Shown: positions 17,569 through 27,500 of the stretch, piece by piece
Layout: each line of letters begins with the position of its first letter
Position numbering within the stretch: position 1 is the first letter of the stretch
Assembly: GCA_016840165.1 (NCBI GenBank)
Contig: JAEOSU010000037.1
Span: forward strand, 7,022 to 71,021
DNA length: 64,000 bases
Source: Promethearchaeota archaeon
Lineage (GTDB): Archaea > Asgardarchaeota > Lokiarchaeia > Sigyniarchaeales > SOKP01
Direction of reading: 5' to 3'
Notes under the pieces: generated by a model
What the model was told of the DNA's origin: nothing
What the model saw: the letters and a program-made list of their open reading frames with translations, nothing else
Database searches by the model: none
Position numbers and translations under genes: made by a program

Positions 17569-20500
17569 TTATGAACTCTTCTCGATTTCTAAAAACTTTT
17601 GTACTTGATAACCGGATCTTTCAGAAATTTGGAGCCAATTTTTTAAACTGAACAGAGCTTTTTGAATTTGGACTTCTTTTAAATCATCCTTTAAGCCGTG
17701 TGATTGAATTAACGTAATTAAAAATAGCCATCGCAAAAAAATCTTAAATCTTTCAGCGCTAAACCATAGAATATTTTGATATCTATTAAAATTGAGATAT
17801 TCTTGAATATCGGGATCGCTCATTAAAATAACCATATAAGAAGGTTCAATATTATCACTGAGAGTAATAGTTTTAAATATATTTTGATATTTGACTAAAA
17901 TTTTAATTAATGAGAGTTTTTCTGAAATCTCACCATCATTTTGAGAAAGAAAACTTTTAAGAACAATTTGGAGATATTTCGAAAGATGCCAATCATCAAT
18001 TAAACTAATAGTGCGTAATTCATAGTTATTCAGAGCAGTTAATTTCCCTAGATTATGAATGAATACCCAGCATATTAAGATTGCTTTTTCAAAATTAGTT
18101 TTAGGAATTAAGTTAGAGATTTCACCGATCAATGTTGGCGATAACTTAATCTTATTTAAATCTTCCGTAAGATTCAAAACGAGATTTAACTTATCTAAAA
18201 TTTCATCTTTTGTGGGTGTGATTTCTCCTTTATAAGCAGAATATTTCTTAGCTTCCCCTAAAAAATCATTTAAACTCGTGTTTATTCTTCGTAGTAGCTT
18301 TTTAGTATTTTTTCCATTAGCAATTAAATCCGAAATAGTTATAGGATTAATAATTTCTTTAAATGGTTGATTTAATGGCTTATATACCATCTCTTGTAAG
18401 GTTTCTTTGATATTATAAACTCCATTCCCCGCCAATAAATCATGAAGTTGAGCATAATGGAAAAATTCGTTATCATAGACAATCTGAAAATCCATGAATA
18501 CAAATCTTTGGTATGCATTTAGTTCTATATAAAGCCCTTTATCAATCAAGTCATTCGTTCTGCGGATATATTCTAAGTTGCTTATATAATCTTTAAAAAT
18601 GCAATACGCATCTTTAGGTAGATCAAGTCCTTCTGAGAGCCTTTTTTGGATAATTGTACTTTCATCACCAATCTTTACTGAAAATCCTACGGAATTTTTA
18701 ATATAACCTTTAGTCTCTCTAAATTTATTATGATATATTACAAGAGCCCTTTCATTTTTGAACTTATTTGAATACGCAAAAACATCCTCATTAACATAAT
18801 TCCCAGTCCAGAAATCGTAAATTAGAAAATTTTTCACTCCAGCAAATAAATATCTCTTCTTTAGGAGGGGAAAGATAGTATCTTTATGATGTTGAAGTAA
18901 ACTCTGATTGACCTCCTCGTCCCAGTAAGGTTTGCGATATTCCATCCCATACTTTTCATTATAACCCTCTACTTGACCATGACCAAACATCGGTAATCCT
19001 GGCATTGTTACCATAAGGGTACAAATGCCAAAGTATTTCTCTCCATCACCAAATTGCTTAATTGCAGTCTCTTCATCAGGGTTATTCATAAAGTTGACAA
19101 ATCTTTTAAGAATTTTAGGATCAAATTCTATTGTATTCCGAATAACTGCTCTATACTTTGCATTATCCTCGTCCCGTAACATATTCATAAAAGCAGAGTT
19201 ATAAACACGATGCATTCCAAGAGTTCTTACGAAAAAACCTTCTAATAACCAAAATGCTTCAGCGAGTAAAAGCGTGTCAGGATTCTCTTTATTTATTCTA
19301 TCAACAACATCTCTCCAAAATTCATTTGGAAAGACTTTCAAATAATCAGCACGAGATATTCCATGTTCTGCTCTTGAAGGGATGGCTCCACCCGTACCAG
19401 GTTCAGGGAACCATAATCTCTGATAATGTTTATGTGTGAGAGTCATTGCAGCATCAAAACGTATGATAGGAAACAATCGAGAGACATGAAGTATCATTTG
19501 AATGACTGCTTCTCTTACATTTGGATTTAAAAAGTTTAATTGAGCCGTATCATTCCATGGAAAACTGGTCCCATCATTACCATGATAAATATATCTCTCA
19601 TCACCATTTCGATAATCAATCCGTTTGAAGGTAACCGCCGCATCAGATCGGGAGAAATATTTATCTTCAAGATAAATACCAATATCTGGAATACCTGATA
19701 GATTCTCTCCAGTATAATTATATGACGGAAATGGGGGATATGGCAATGCTATAAACCAGTCTGGATGTTCAATGACCCATTTTGAAACAATTCCCATATG
19801 ATTTGGTACCATATCACTAGCTAATCGAATTCTTCTCACCCAAGCTCTTTCCTTTAAGTTTTTTAAAGCGTCATGACCCCCTAAATCATTAGCAATAACA
19901 TAATCGTATATTGAGTAAGCGCTTGCTTCTGCCTCAGGATTGCCACACCATCGTTTTATTGTTTTTGAGGCTTGACTGCGTTCCCATACTCCAATGAGCC
20001 AGATTGCATTAAAACCACAATCTCGTAATCTATCTAATTCTTCATTGGGAATTTGATCCAGTTTATTAATTGAACGGTGATATTCTTTGGAAAGCTGTGC
20101 AAGCCAAACATAGATATTTTTTGCAATCATAACCACGTTAGGCATCCAGTCTTTATCAGGGGTAAAATTTTCATACTCTAATTGACTATATTCATAAACT
20201 AATGACTCTCCGGGCCCCAATCCTCTAAATTGTTCCTCTTCTCGAATCAAATCTAAAGCCGTTAATATTTTATAGAGGTTATCTCCTAATAATTCTCCCC
20301 AGTTTTGACTTATATATTCAAGTTGTTCACGGATAGAATGAGGATATTTTTCTGATGGCTCTTTTAGCAAATCGATCAGGTTTTGGTCATTTGGTCCAAT
20401 TTTAGGTTTAGTGTCAAAAAAAGATTCAATTTCATTAATAATTTGGTTGTATTCCGTTTTTTTCTCCAGTGATGCATCATCAAAAAACTCTAAATAAGGT

Positions 20501-20976
20501 GAAAAGGAAGGATTTTCATTTGCGATCCAAAGATTCAGGAATTCTTGTAAAAATTGAATCTTATTTTCAGAATCTTCACTTTTTGTCTCTAAGAAATCTT
20601 CAAGAGGAATCTTATTTTGAAAAATAGGGTCGGGAGGAAAGTCTTCTACTAGTCTTTTTGTACTATCCAGTAGATTCGCCTCTCCAATAGCTTCCGATAG
20701 ATGATCAAATAAATCTTTAAATAAATTACTCTCTGTAAACTTTTTTCCATATTGTTCTATAATATCATTTGATATTTCCCAAATTAGAGCCATTCCGTTA
20801 AACTGGGCCACTTTTACTGCTAATTCAGGATAATTAATTAAATCTTTATTTTGATTTAGTTTCTGAACAAAAAGTCTAACAGAATATATATCTCCATCGA
20901 ATTCTATGTTCCCCTTCTCGTTAAACTTAAAATCCTCTAAATTATACTTTTGACGGGCCTCTCGGGATAATTTCAT
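17569..20976 (-). CDS. Large GH13 (alpha-amylase family) glycoside hydrolase/transferase
   Basis: 1135 aa. GH13 regions ASDMVPNHMG, IIRFDAAMTL, LLAEAFW and FMNNPDE. Shares the FNAIWLIGVWERS motif with the 59299 paralog. Confidence 0.75.
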   Translation of the reverse strand: MKLSREARQKYNLEDFKFNEKGNIEFDGDIYSVRLFVQKLNQNKDLINYPELAVKVAQFNGMALIWEISNDIIEQYGKKFTESNLFKDLFDHLSEAIGEANLLDSTKRLVEDFPPDPIFQNKIPLEDFLETKSEDSENKIQFLQEFLNLWIANENPSFSPYLEFFDDASLEKKTEYNQIINEIESFFDTKPKIGPNDQNLIDLLKEPSEKYPHSIREQLEYISQNWGELLGDNLYKILTALDLIREEEQFRGLGPGESLVYEYSQLEYENFTPDKDWMPNVVMIAKNIYVWLAQLSKEYHRSINKLDQIPNEELDRLRDCGFNAIWLIGVWERSQASKTIKRWCGNPEAEASAYSIYDYVIANDLGGHDALKNLKERAWVRRIRLASDMVPNHMGIVSKWVIEHPDWFIALPYPPFPSYNYTGENLSGIPDIGIYLEDKYFSRSDAAVTFKRIDYRNGDERYIYHGNDGTSFPWNDTAQLNFLNPNVREAVIQMILHVSRLFPIIRFDAAMTLTHKHYQRLWFPEPGTGGAIPSRAEHGISRADYLKVFPNEFWRDVVDRINKENPDTLLLAEAFWLLEGFFVRTLGMHRVYNSAFMNMLRDEDNAKYRAVIRNTIEFDPKILKRFVNFMNNPDEETAIKQFGDGEKYFGICTLMVTMPGLPMFGHGQVEGYNEKYGMEYRKPYWDEEVNQSLLQHHKDTIFPLLKKRYLFAGVKNFLIYDFWTGNYVNEDVFAYSNKFKNERALVIYHNKFRETKGYIKNSVGFSVKIGDESTIIQKRLSEGLDLPKDAYCIFKDYISNLEYIRRTNDLIDKGLYIELNAYQRFVFMDFQIVYDNEFFHYAQLHDLLAGNGVYNIKETLQEMVYKPLNQPFKEIINPITISDLIANGKNTKKLLRRINTSLNDFLGEAKKYSAYKGEITPTKDEILDKLNLVLNLTEDLNKIKLSPTLIGEISNLIPKTNFEKAILICWVFIHNLGKLTALNNYELRTISLIDDWHLSKYLQIVLKSFLSQNDGEISEKLSLIKILVKYQNIFKTITLSDNIEPSYMVILMSDPDIQEYLNFNRYQNILWFSAERFKIFLRWLFLITLIQSHGLKDDLKEVQIQKALFSLKNWLQISERSGYQVQKFLEIEKSS

Positions 20977-21124
20977 AATATTTCATGTAATGTGGATATG
21001 ATTCTTATTATTTCTTCTAAGAATAATAGTACTTAATCATTAAAAACCATTAAAGTTATAAATTTAAAACTACCTACATTAATTATATTTTCCAAATAGA
21101 TAATTCAAAGTATATTTGATCTAA

Positions 21125-22516
21125 ATGGTTGATAATCTTAATAATTTAAATAAAAACGGTAGAATCATCGGACGCGCCAATCATATCTTCACACCAGAGA
21201 TTTCGAGTGTAATAGGCTCTATTCATGGTAGTATGTTCAATGAAAATGAGACTATAGTTATTGGAAGGGATTATCATAACGACAGTCGCATGTTAAAGAG
21301 AGGATATACTTCAGGAGTTATGAGTACAGGGGTAAATATATTAAATCTCTCAGATTGTACTTACCCTTTACTTCAATTCACGATAAGAAGGTTCGGAGCG
21401 AGCGGAGGAGTATATTTTTCGGGGGGACATTTGTATAGTGAGGATGTTGGAGTACGTTTTGTGGATGCAGGTGGAATTGAATTTTCTCCTAATGAAATTT
21501 CGAAATTGATCGCCGCATATAATATTTATCCGAAAAAAGTCAGACGAGTAGAACCCAGTAAAATTGGACAGATTACAGCAATCCCTCAAACTCAAGATGT
21601 CTATATTAAATCATTGGAGCAATTTGTAAGCTCGAAAGAAATTAAGGAGGCTAATCTAAAAATAGTTATTGATTGTTCATATGGACCCACTGGAAAAATA
21701 ACACCATTGTTACTAAATGGTATTGGAATAGAAGTTATTGCCCTAAATACTCACTACCGAGAACGATCAAAAGTACCAGTTCCTTCAATTAACACGATTA
21801 GAAATACTGCGGATATTGTTAAAGCATCAAATAGTCATCTAGGGGTTTGTTTTGATGTTGATGGTTCACGAATATTAGTCTTAGATGAAAATGGATTAGA
21901 AGTGAGTTATGAGGATTTATTAATGCTATTTATAACATTTAATAAAAAGATTCAACAATCCAAATCAAGCCCAATTATTACAACACCTTCTATTTCTCCT
22001 ATTGTGAAGTCGTTTATTGAAGAGAGTGGCTTCCCTGTGGCAAAGGTAGAAAATTATCCCGGTGAAATTTCAAGAAAGATAAGAGATCTTAGGGCATGTT
22101 TTGCAGCTGCTGATACCTTAAAATTCTATTTCCCTAACTTCGGTCCTTATTCGGACGGAAATTTTATTCTATTGAAAGTCATTGAGATAATGGCAAACCA
22201 AAAAGATCTGATTAGCTCTATCATCAAAGGATTTCCTAAAGGAATTAAAATTAATAAAACTATAACGATTTCTGAAGATAACATTGATAATATTCATAAT
22301 CGTTTAATTGAGTACACTGAGGAACAAGGATTCCGCTATCATGATATTATCAATGAACTAAAAATTATTGATGAGGGTGTATATACCATAATTAAGGTTG
22401 ATTTATACCGAAATGCGCTTTTATTGTCATCTGAATCAGAAGATCAGAATTTAGCAAAAAAAATGATTGATGATATAACAAAGACAATTGAAAAATTTGA
22501 AAAAAACAAAAATTAA
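21125..22516 (+). CDS. Phosphoglucomutase/phosphomannomutase-fold protein with degenerate catalytic motifs
   Basis: 463 aa. The phosphoserine loop reads FSGGHLYSEDVGVRF (canonical TASHNP...NGIK). The metal loop reads FDVDGSR (canonical DGDGDR). No GEESG or R.S.TEP motifs seen. Confidence 0.6.
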   Translation: MVDNLNNLNKNGRIIGRANHIFTPEISSVIGSIHGSMFNENETIVIGRDYHNDSRMLKRGYTSGVMSTGVNILNLSDCTYPLLQFTIRRFGASGGVYFSGGHLYSEDVGVRFVDAGGIEFSPNEISKLIAAYNIYPKKVRRVEPSKIGQITAIPQTQDVYIKSLEQFVSSKEIKEANLKIVIDCSYGPTGKITPLLLNGIGIEVIALNTHYRERSKVPVPSINTIRNTADIVKASNSHLGVCFDVDGSRILVLDENGLEVSYEDLLMLFITFNKKIQQSKSSPIITTPSISPIVKSFIEESGFPVAKVENYPGEISRKIRDLRACFAAADTLKFYFPNFGPYSDGNFILLKVIEIMANQKDLISSIIKGFPKGIKINKTITISEDNIDNIHNRLIEYTEEQGFRYHDIINELKIIDEGVYTIIKVDLYRNALLLSSESEDQNLAKKMIDDITKTIEKFEKNKN

Positions 22517-22598
22517 TCTATTTAATATTTAAAAGCTAAATTAATTATATTAATTAATAATAAATAAATTTAAATAAATTAAAAAGAGAGTTTTTACC

Positions 22599-23297
22599 GT
22601 GGCTGTAATAGACATAAATGCAACAATCATATTGGTTACTCTATTTGTAATATATGGGGTGTTTTTATTTTTTGACTTATTTAAAAGGAATGAGAATTAT
22701 GGTTACTTAGCGTATTTAGTGGCACTTGCTCCAATAAACTTTCTATGGTTTTTAAATTTTGATGTATTGGGGATATATCTTGTATTATTTATTTTATGGT
22801 GCATCTGTTTAATTCGAGATCTATGGGGCGTTAAATCTGAAAAGAAAGAGATTAATCAGATAGTTTTATATTTGGTTTTAGCAATAATCGTTCAATTAAT
22901 CCTCTCTGCGATATTACCTGCATCAAATATCAATTTGCAAACAAATACCGAATTATTCTGGTTTTTCTATCTACCTGATATATATGATATTAATTTTGCT
23001 CCAGAAAGTTGGGTAAATCTTGATATTTTGACCGCTTTTCGAATCACTGCAACATTATTAGTAATTTTGGTAATTATTCCATTGTTGGTTGATATTAAAG
23101 GAGAAGAAATTCCTGTTCCTGTGTTTATCATAATAATCGGTCTGTTTATTATACCATTTCTATATTTAGGTTGGATCTGGTTACCGCAGGGTATGGCTGT
23201 ATTAACCTTACTCTTCTCTGTAATCCTTTTTATCGTGCTACTTCTGATTACGCGGTCTGGCAAGGAGGTCCAAGTCCAAGTTAAGAAAAAGCAATAA
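22599..23297 (+). CDS. Multi-pass membrane protein (hypothetical)
   Basis: 232 aa with a GTG start. About 6-7 hydrophobic segments and a Lys-rich C-terminus. Confidence 0.5.
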   Translation: MAVIDINATIILVTLFVIYGVFLFFDLFKRNENYGYLAYLVALAPINFLWFLNFDVLGIYLVLFILWCICLIRDLWGVKSEKKEINQIVLYLVLAIIVQLILSAILPASNINLQTNTELFWFFYLPDIYDINFAPESWVNLDILTAFRITATLLVILVIIPLLVDIKGEEIPVPVFIIIIGLFIIPFLYLGWIWLPQGMAVLTLLFSVILFIVLLLITRSGKEVQVQVKKKQ

Positions 23298-23391
23298 GTT
23301 GACCAATATTATTATTTTTTTATTATAATTTTTATAGATAAATTGAAATACTTTAATGAGATCCAACAAACTAGTAAAAGGTAAATAACGT

Positions 23392-24390
23392 ATGGCTAAG
23401 AAGGAAGAAGATAAAGAAGAGAAGCAAAAAAAGGATGAGAGTAAATCGGAAAAGGAATTCACTTTAGATGATATACCGGGGGTAGGAGAAGCAACTTTAA
23501 AGAAATTAAAGGATGCGGGCATAATTTCAGTAAGGTCACTTGCTGTATATCCTCTAATAAAATTAATGGATGATGCAGGTGTTGGAGAAAAAACAGCACT
23601 TAAATTAATTAAAGCCGCTCAAGATGTAGAAAAAATGGGATTTAAATCAGCAGACGTAATCTGGGAAAAACGACGTCAATTAAACCATTTAACGACATCT
23701 AGCCAAAATCTAGACGATTTATTAGCGGGAGGAGTAGAACCAGGTTCGGTGACAGAATTATTTGGTGAATATAGAACAGGTAAAACACAGATCGCCCATC
23801 AACTGTGTGTCAATGTACAATTACCTTATGAAAAAGGAGGTTTAGAGGGAAATGCACTGTATATAGATACCGAGGGAACCTTTAGACCCGAAAGGATCAT
23901 TCAGATGGCTAATGCATTAGATTTGAATTATTCTGAAATACTCAAGAATATTGTAATTGGTCGTGCTTATAATAGTGACCATCAAGTATTATTAGCCAGA
24001 GAAGCAGCGAGAATAATTAAAGAGAAAAATATTAAATTAGTTGTCGTTGATTCCATTATTGGCCATTTTAGAAGCGAATATGTAGGTAGAGGTACGTTAG
24101 CAAACCGTCAACAGTTGTTAAATAGTCATATTCATGATTTACTAAGATTAACTGAAACATTTGATGAATTAGCGGTGCTGTTTACAAATCAAGTCTCTTC
24201 AAGGCCAGATGTATTCTATGGAAATCCTATAACTCATACAGGAGGACATGTGTTAGCACATGGAGCAACTGTACGAATCTATTTAAGGAAAGGTAAGGCA
24301 AATCAAAGAGTTGCGAAGGTTGTTGATGCGCCTCATTTACCTGAAGAAGATGCGGTATTTTCTATTAATGAAGATGGAATTAGAGACTAA
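23392..24390 (+). CDS. radA: DNA repair and recombination protein RadA
   Basis: 332 aa. HhH IPGVGEATLKKLKDAGI. Walker A GEYRTGKTQ. Walker B LVVVDS. Has a Lys/Glu-rich ~24-aa N-terminal extension. Confidence 0.95.
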   Translation: MAKKEEDKEEKQKKDESKSEKEFTLDDIPGVGEATLKKLKDAGIISVRSLAVYPLIKLMDDAGVGEKTALKLIKAAQDVEKMGFKSADVIWEKRRQLNHLTTSSQNLDDLLAGGVEPGSVTELFGEYRTGKTQIAHQLCVNVQLPYEKGGLEGNALYIDTEGTFRPERIIQMANALDLNYSEILKNIVIGRAYNSDHQVLLAREAARIIKEKNIKLVVVDSIIGHFRSEYVGRGTLANRQQLLNSHIHDLLRLTETFDELAVLFTNQVSSRPDVFYGNPITHTGGHVLAHGATVRIYLRKGKANQRVAKVVDAPHLPEEDAVFSINEDGIRD

Positions 24391-24401
24391 AGGCTATAAA
24401 T

Positions 24402-25130
24402 ATGGATAGTGTAAAAATAACAGTCCTAGTGGATAATATTAATGGTATTACTCCAGGATATATTAAAGACTTTGGATTCGCTGCTTTGATTGAAAAAGAA
24501 GAATTAAAAGTCCTATTTGATACTGGCACCAATCCTAACACCCTCAGCCATAATTTAAGTCAATATGGAATATCTCCTAAATCTGTAAATGCCGTTATCC
24601 TAAGCCATAATCATTATGATCATACAAATGGATTAACCAGTATTATCCAAGAACATCAAAATATCCCCATCTACGTTCATAAATTTTGGAATAAACCAGT
24701 AAGGCATAGCGGAATTGGAATCTCACAATTACAGGTTTTTGTTAATGAAAAAGCTCGCGAATGTACAGAGCTTGCAAAAGGAATTTTTCTAACAAATACC
24801 CAATCATCAGGAGATTATGGGGGAATTCATGAACATGCATGTTATATTCAAGCCAATCAATCATATATACTTTTGTGTGGTTGCTGTCATCCCGGATTGA
24901 ATAAATTCTTATCAGATCGCTCTGATTTAAACATTCCCATCGATGCTCCTCTTCATTTTATCGGGGGCATGCATAGTTTTAGATTTACAGACGCAGAAGC
25001 GGAAAAATTGGATCCGATTGTAAAATCAGTTACCCTCTGCCATTGTACACAAAATGTCAATACTTTTTTTAAGCAATTTCCTAGCAAATGTCAGAAAGCG
25101 ATTCTAGGGAAAACTATTATTTATTCCTAA
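24402..25130 (+). CDS. Metallo-beta-lactamase fold protein (COG1237-like)
   Basis: 242 aa. ITVLVDN opening and the HxHxDH motif SHNHYDHTNG. Confidence 0.7.
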   Translation: MDSVKITVLVDNINGITPGYIKDFGFAALIEKEELKVLFDTGTNPNTLSHNLSQYGISPKSVNAVILSHNHYDHTNGLTSIIQEHQNIPIYVHKFWNKPVRHSGIGISQLQVFVNEKARECTELAKGIFLTNTQSSGDYGGIHEHACYIQANQSYILLCGCCHPGLNKFLSDRSDLNIPIDAPLHFIGGMHSFRFTDAEAEKLDPIVKSVTLCHCTQNVNTFFKQFPSKCQKAILGKTIIYS

Positions 25131-25151
25131 TAATTAAATAAAAAGTAAAGA

Positions 25152-25589
25152 TTAATAGTCAAGATTTACTTTAACATCAATTCCTTCTCGGACAGCTTGA
25201 GTTACAATACAATATTGTTCAAACATCTTTTTACATTGATCTGCCCTCTTTCTTGTTTCCGGATCATCGATATCCATTTTGATTATGACATCAATATTAT
25301 TTACTCTCCAAAAACCCTTGTCATTTCTGGCAATCGAAACTTCAGCTTCTGCCTTTAGGTCACTAAGACTTAAGTTTTTCTTTTTTAGACAAAAGATAAA
25401 ACTAGCACTCAAACATCCCAGGATCGCCATTCCTAACATTCGACTTGGATTGGGGCCCCACATTGCAGCTTCGACATCATGTTCTTCATCAATATAACAA
25501 TCTTTTACTTTCATCTCACCGAGTTCACATTTAAAAATCATTTCTTTTTCTAAGGATAAGCCCACTTTTAATTTCTTAGGTTCACTCAT
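25152..25589 (-). CDS. OsmC/Ohr family protein
   Basis: 145 aa. Size and two conserved Cys contexts (ILGCLSASFIFC, QYCIVTQAV). AGGAG SD about 10 nt upstream. Confidence 0.55.
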   Translation of the reverse strand: MSEPKKLKVGLSLEKEMIFKCELGEMKVKDCYIDEEHDVEAAMWGPNPSRMLGMAILGCLSASFIFCLKKKNLSLSDLKAEAEVSIARNDKGFWRVNNIDVIIKMDIDDPETRKRADQCKKMFEQYCIVTQAVREGIDVKVNLDY

Positions 25590-25694
25590 ATATTACAAAC
25601 TCCTTGATTTTACTTTATAAAGAATTTTTAGTTAATATACTTAAATTCAATTGAAATTCTTAAATTTTTCACATTTAATTTATAAAAAAGTATA

Positions 25695-26297
25695 CTACTT
25701 TTTTTCTTTCTTCTTTAGATGAAAGTGACGAGAGAGATGAAAACCTAATCCTATAAAGTATAAAATGATAAAAAATAGATATTCCAAAGCAAAAATAGAA
25801 ACCACAATCAACATAGCGCAAAATAAGCATATTTCGATAGCAATGCATACACTATTAGTATAGTATTTCGTATCAAAAAATGAACTTGGATTTTTATATT
25901 TAGATAAGTAATGTGGAAGATTCTCACCTTCTTCAAGTGACATTAAAAATTTAAATCCATTTTGTTTTTTAGGAAAATAGAACAAATTTGTCCCCCAATC
26001 GAAGGTGTCAATTATAATATGAAGCATGTAAGACAACCCACCTAGCAATATCACATTATAATTAAAGTATATCATGATGATAATTCCTATAATGATCAAA
26101 ATTGTACTTGGGATTAAAGAATGGGTAAGATAAAGACGATGATTCTGATTTTTTGCTAATTTTGTAAGGAATATATCAAAATCACATACAAATGATAAAA
26201 GCAAAACAATAGAATATTCTATAAAATTAAAGTTAAAGAAATAATGTAAAATTGAAGTAGTAATTATTCCAATTGCAATATGAACGTTAATATGCAT
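25695..26297 (-). CDS. Membrane-bound metal-dependent hydrolase (DUF457/YdjM-like)
   Basis: 200 aa. Multi-TM with His motifs (HINVHIAIG, THSLIPS, HIIIDTFDWG). Confidence 0.45.
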   Translation of the reverse strand: MHINVHIAIGIITTSILHYFFNFNFIEYSIVLLLSFVCDFDIFLTKLAKNQNHRLYLTHSLIPSTILIIIGIIIMIYFNYNVILLGGLSYMLHIIIDTFDWGTNLFYFPKKQNGFKFLMSLEEGENLPHYLSKYKNPSSFFDTKYYTNSVCIAIEICLFCAMLIVVSIFALEYLFFIILYFIGLGFHLSRHFHLKKKEKK

Positions 26298-26325
26298 TGT
26301 TTTTTACCATGATATAATTCTGATT

Positions 26326-27336
26326 TTAAGTAATATAATTTTTCCTTTGGACACGCTGCATGATTTTTTTCTTAGTTTGAACACCATCAGTCCCTTTCTC
26401 CTCAACTAAGAATGATGCAGCTGCGGACGCTATATACCCACTTTTCTCAACTGCGTTCCAACTTTTATCAGAAAGGAGATACTCCAGTAAAAAAATAGCT
26501 AAATATACATCTCCTGCTCCTGTTTCATCTTTTACTCTTTTTGGTTTAAAAGCAGGAATCTTTAGTATCTTTTCTCCATTTTTAACTAGCCATGAGCCTT
26601 GTTCACCCATAGTCATAATAAAAATTGAATTCCCTTTAAAACTTCTAAAAGAATTCATTATTTCATGAGAATCTTCGCACCCTGAAAGAAGTTTCATTTC
26701 TATTTCTGATCCTTTCAAGATTAAACGATTTCCAATTAAATTAATAATATCTTTCATATTAGATATCAGATCTTCATTATATGTATAAGAAACAACTCCT
26801 TTAGAGTCTATTTTCCGAATAAAACCTTGCAAATCAATCCCGATTAGAGTATCAGGAAATAAATCAATTATGTGTGCAATATATTCATACAAGATTTCGT
26901 TACAGAGCGGTACAAGAACAATTATTTGAGGAGATTTTTCTAAATAAGATTTTGGAATATCCTCGATATTTAAATTAGGACTTCTTGATTCTAAAGTCAA
27001 TATTCTGTTATGATCTAAGTAATCGAGTATAAATGTAGTATTATAAGTCTCTGACTTCTTAATTCCACGTAAGTCAATTTGACTTTTTTCTAACTTTCGT
27101 AATAGCTTTTGATTAAAACCAAGATTTCCAATATGGGTTATTATTCCTACTTTTAACTTTGGTTGATATTTAGTTAAAGCTAAAGACCCATAAGATACAC
27201 TACCTCCCAATGTTGGCTTGAAGATCTCATTAAAGCGAAGGATTCTGTCGACAGCTAGGTGTCCAATAAAAATTACTGAAAGGTTCTTATCCATTTGATC
27301 GCGCATCGTTTTTATTGTAAATTTGTTATTCTTCAA
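26326..27336 (-). CDS. PfkB-family carbohydrate/nucleoside kinase
   Basis: 336 aa. ETGAGDVYLAIFL anion-hole motif and N-terminal GHLAVD. Start is TTG at 27336 or ATG at 27306. Confidence 0.75.
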   Translation of the reverse strand: MKNNKFTIKTMRDQMDKNLSVIFIGHLAVDRILRFNEIFKPTLGGSVSYGSLALTKYQPKLKVGIITHIGNLGFNQKLLRKLEKSQIDLRGIKKSETYNTTFILDYLDHNRILTLESRSPNLNIEDIPKSYLEKSPQIIVLVPLCNEILYEYIAHIIDLFPDTLIGIDLQGFIRKIDSKGVVSYTYNEDLISNMKDIINLIGNRLILKGSEIEMKLLSGCEDSHEIMNSFRSFKGNSIFIMTMGEQGSWLVKNGEKILKIPAFKPKRVKDETGAGDVYLAIFLLEYLLSDKSWNAVEKSGYIASAAASFLVEEKGTDGVQTKKKIMQRVQRKNYIT

Positions 27337-27500
27337 AAATATTTCCCATTATTTCTGACAAGCTTAAATTTCTAGTCATATATTTCTGAATATTTGTACA
27401 TCTAGAATTTAAAAAAGATTAGAAAAGGGTTATTATTGTTTTAAAAAAATAATTAAAGTTAAGTATCAGAATAAAATCTCAATTAGATTAAAGATATTAA

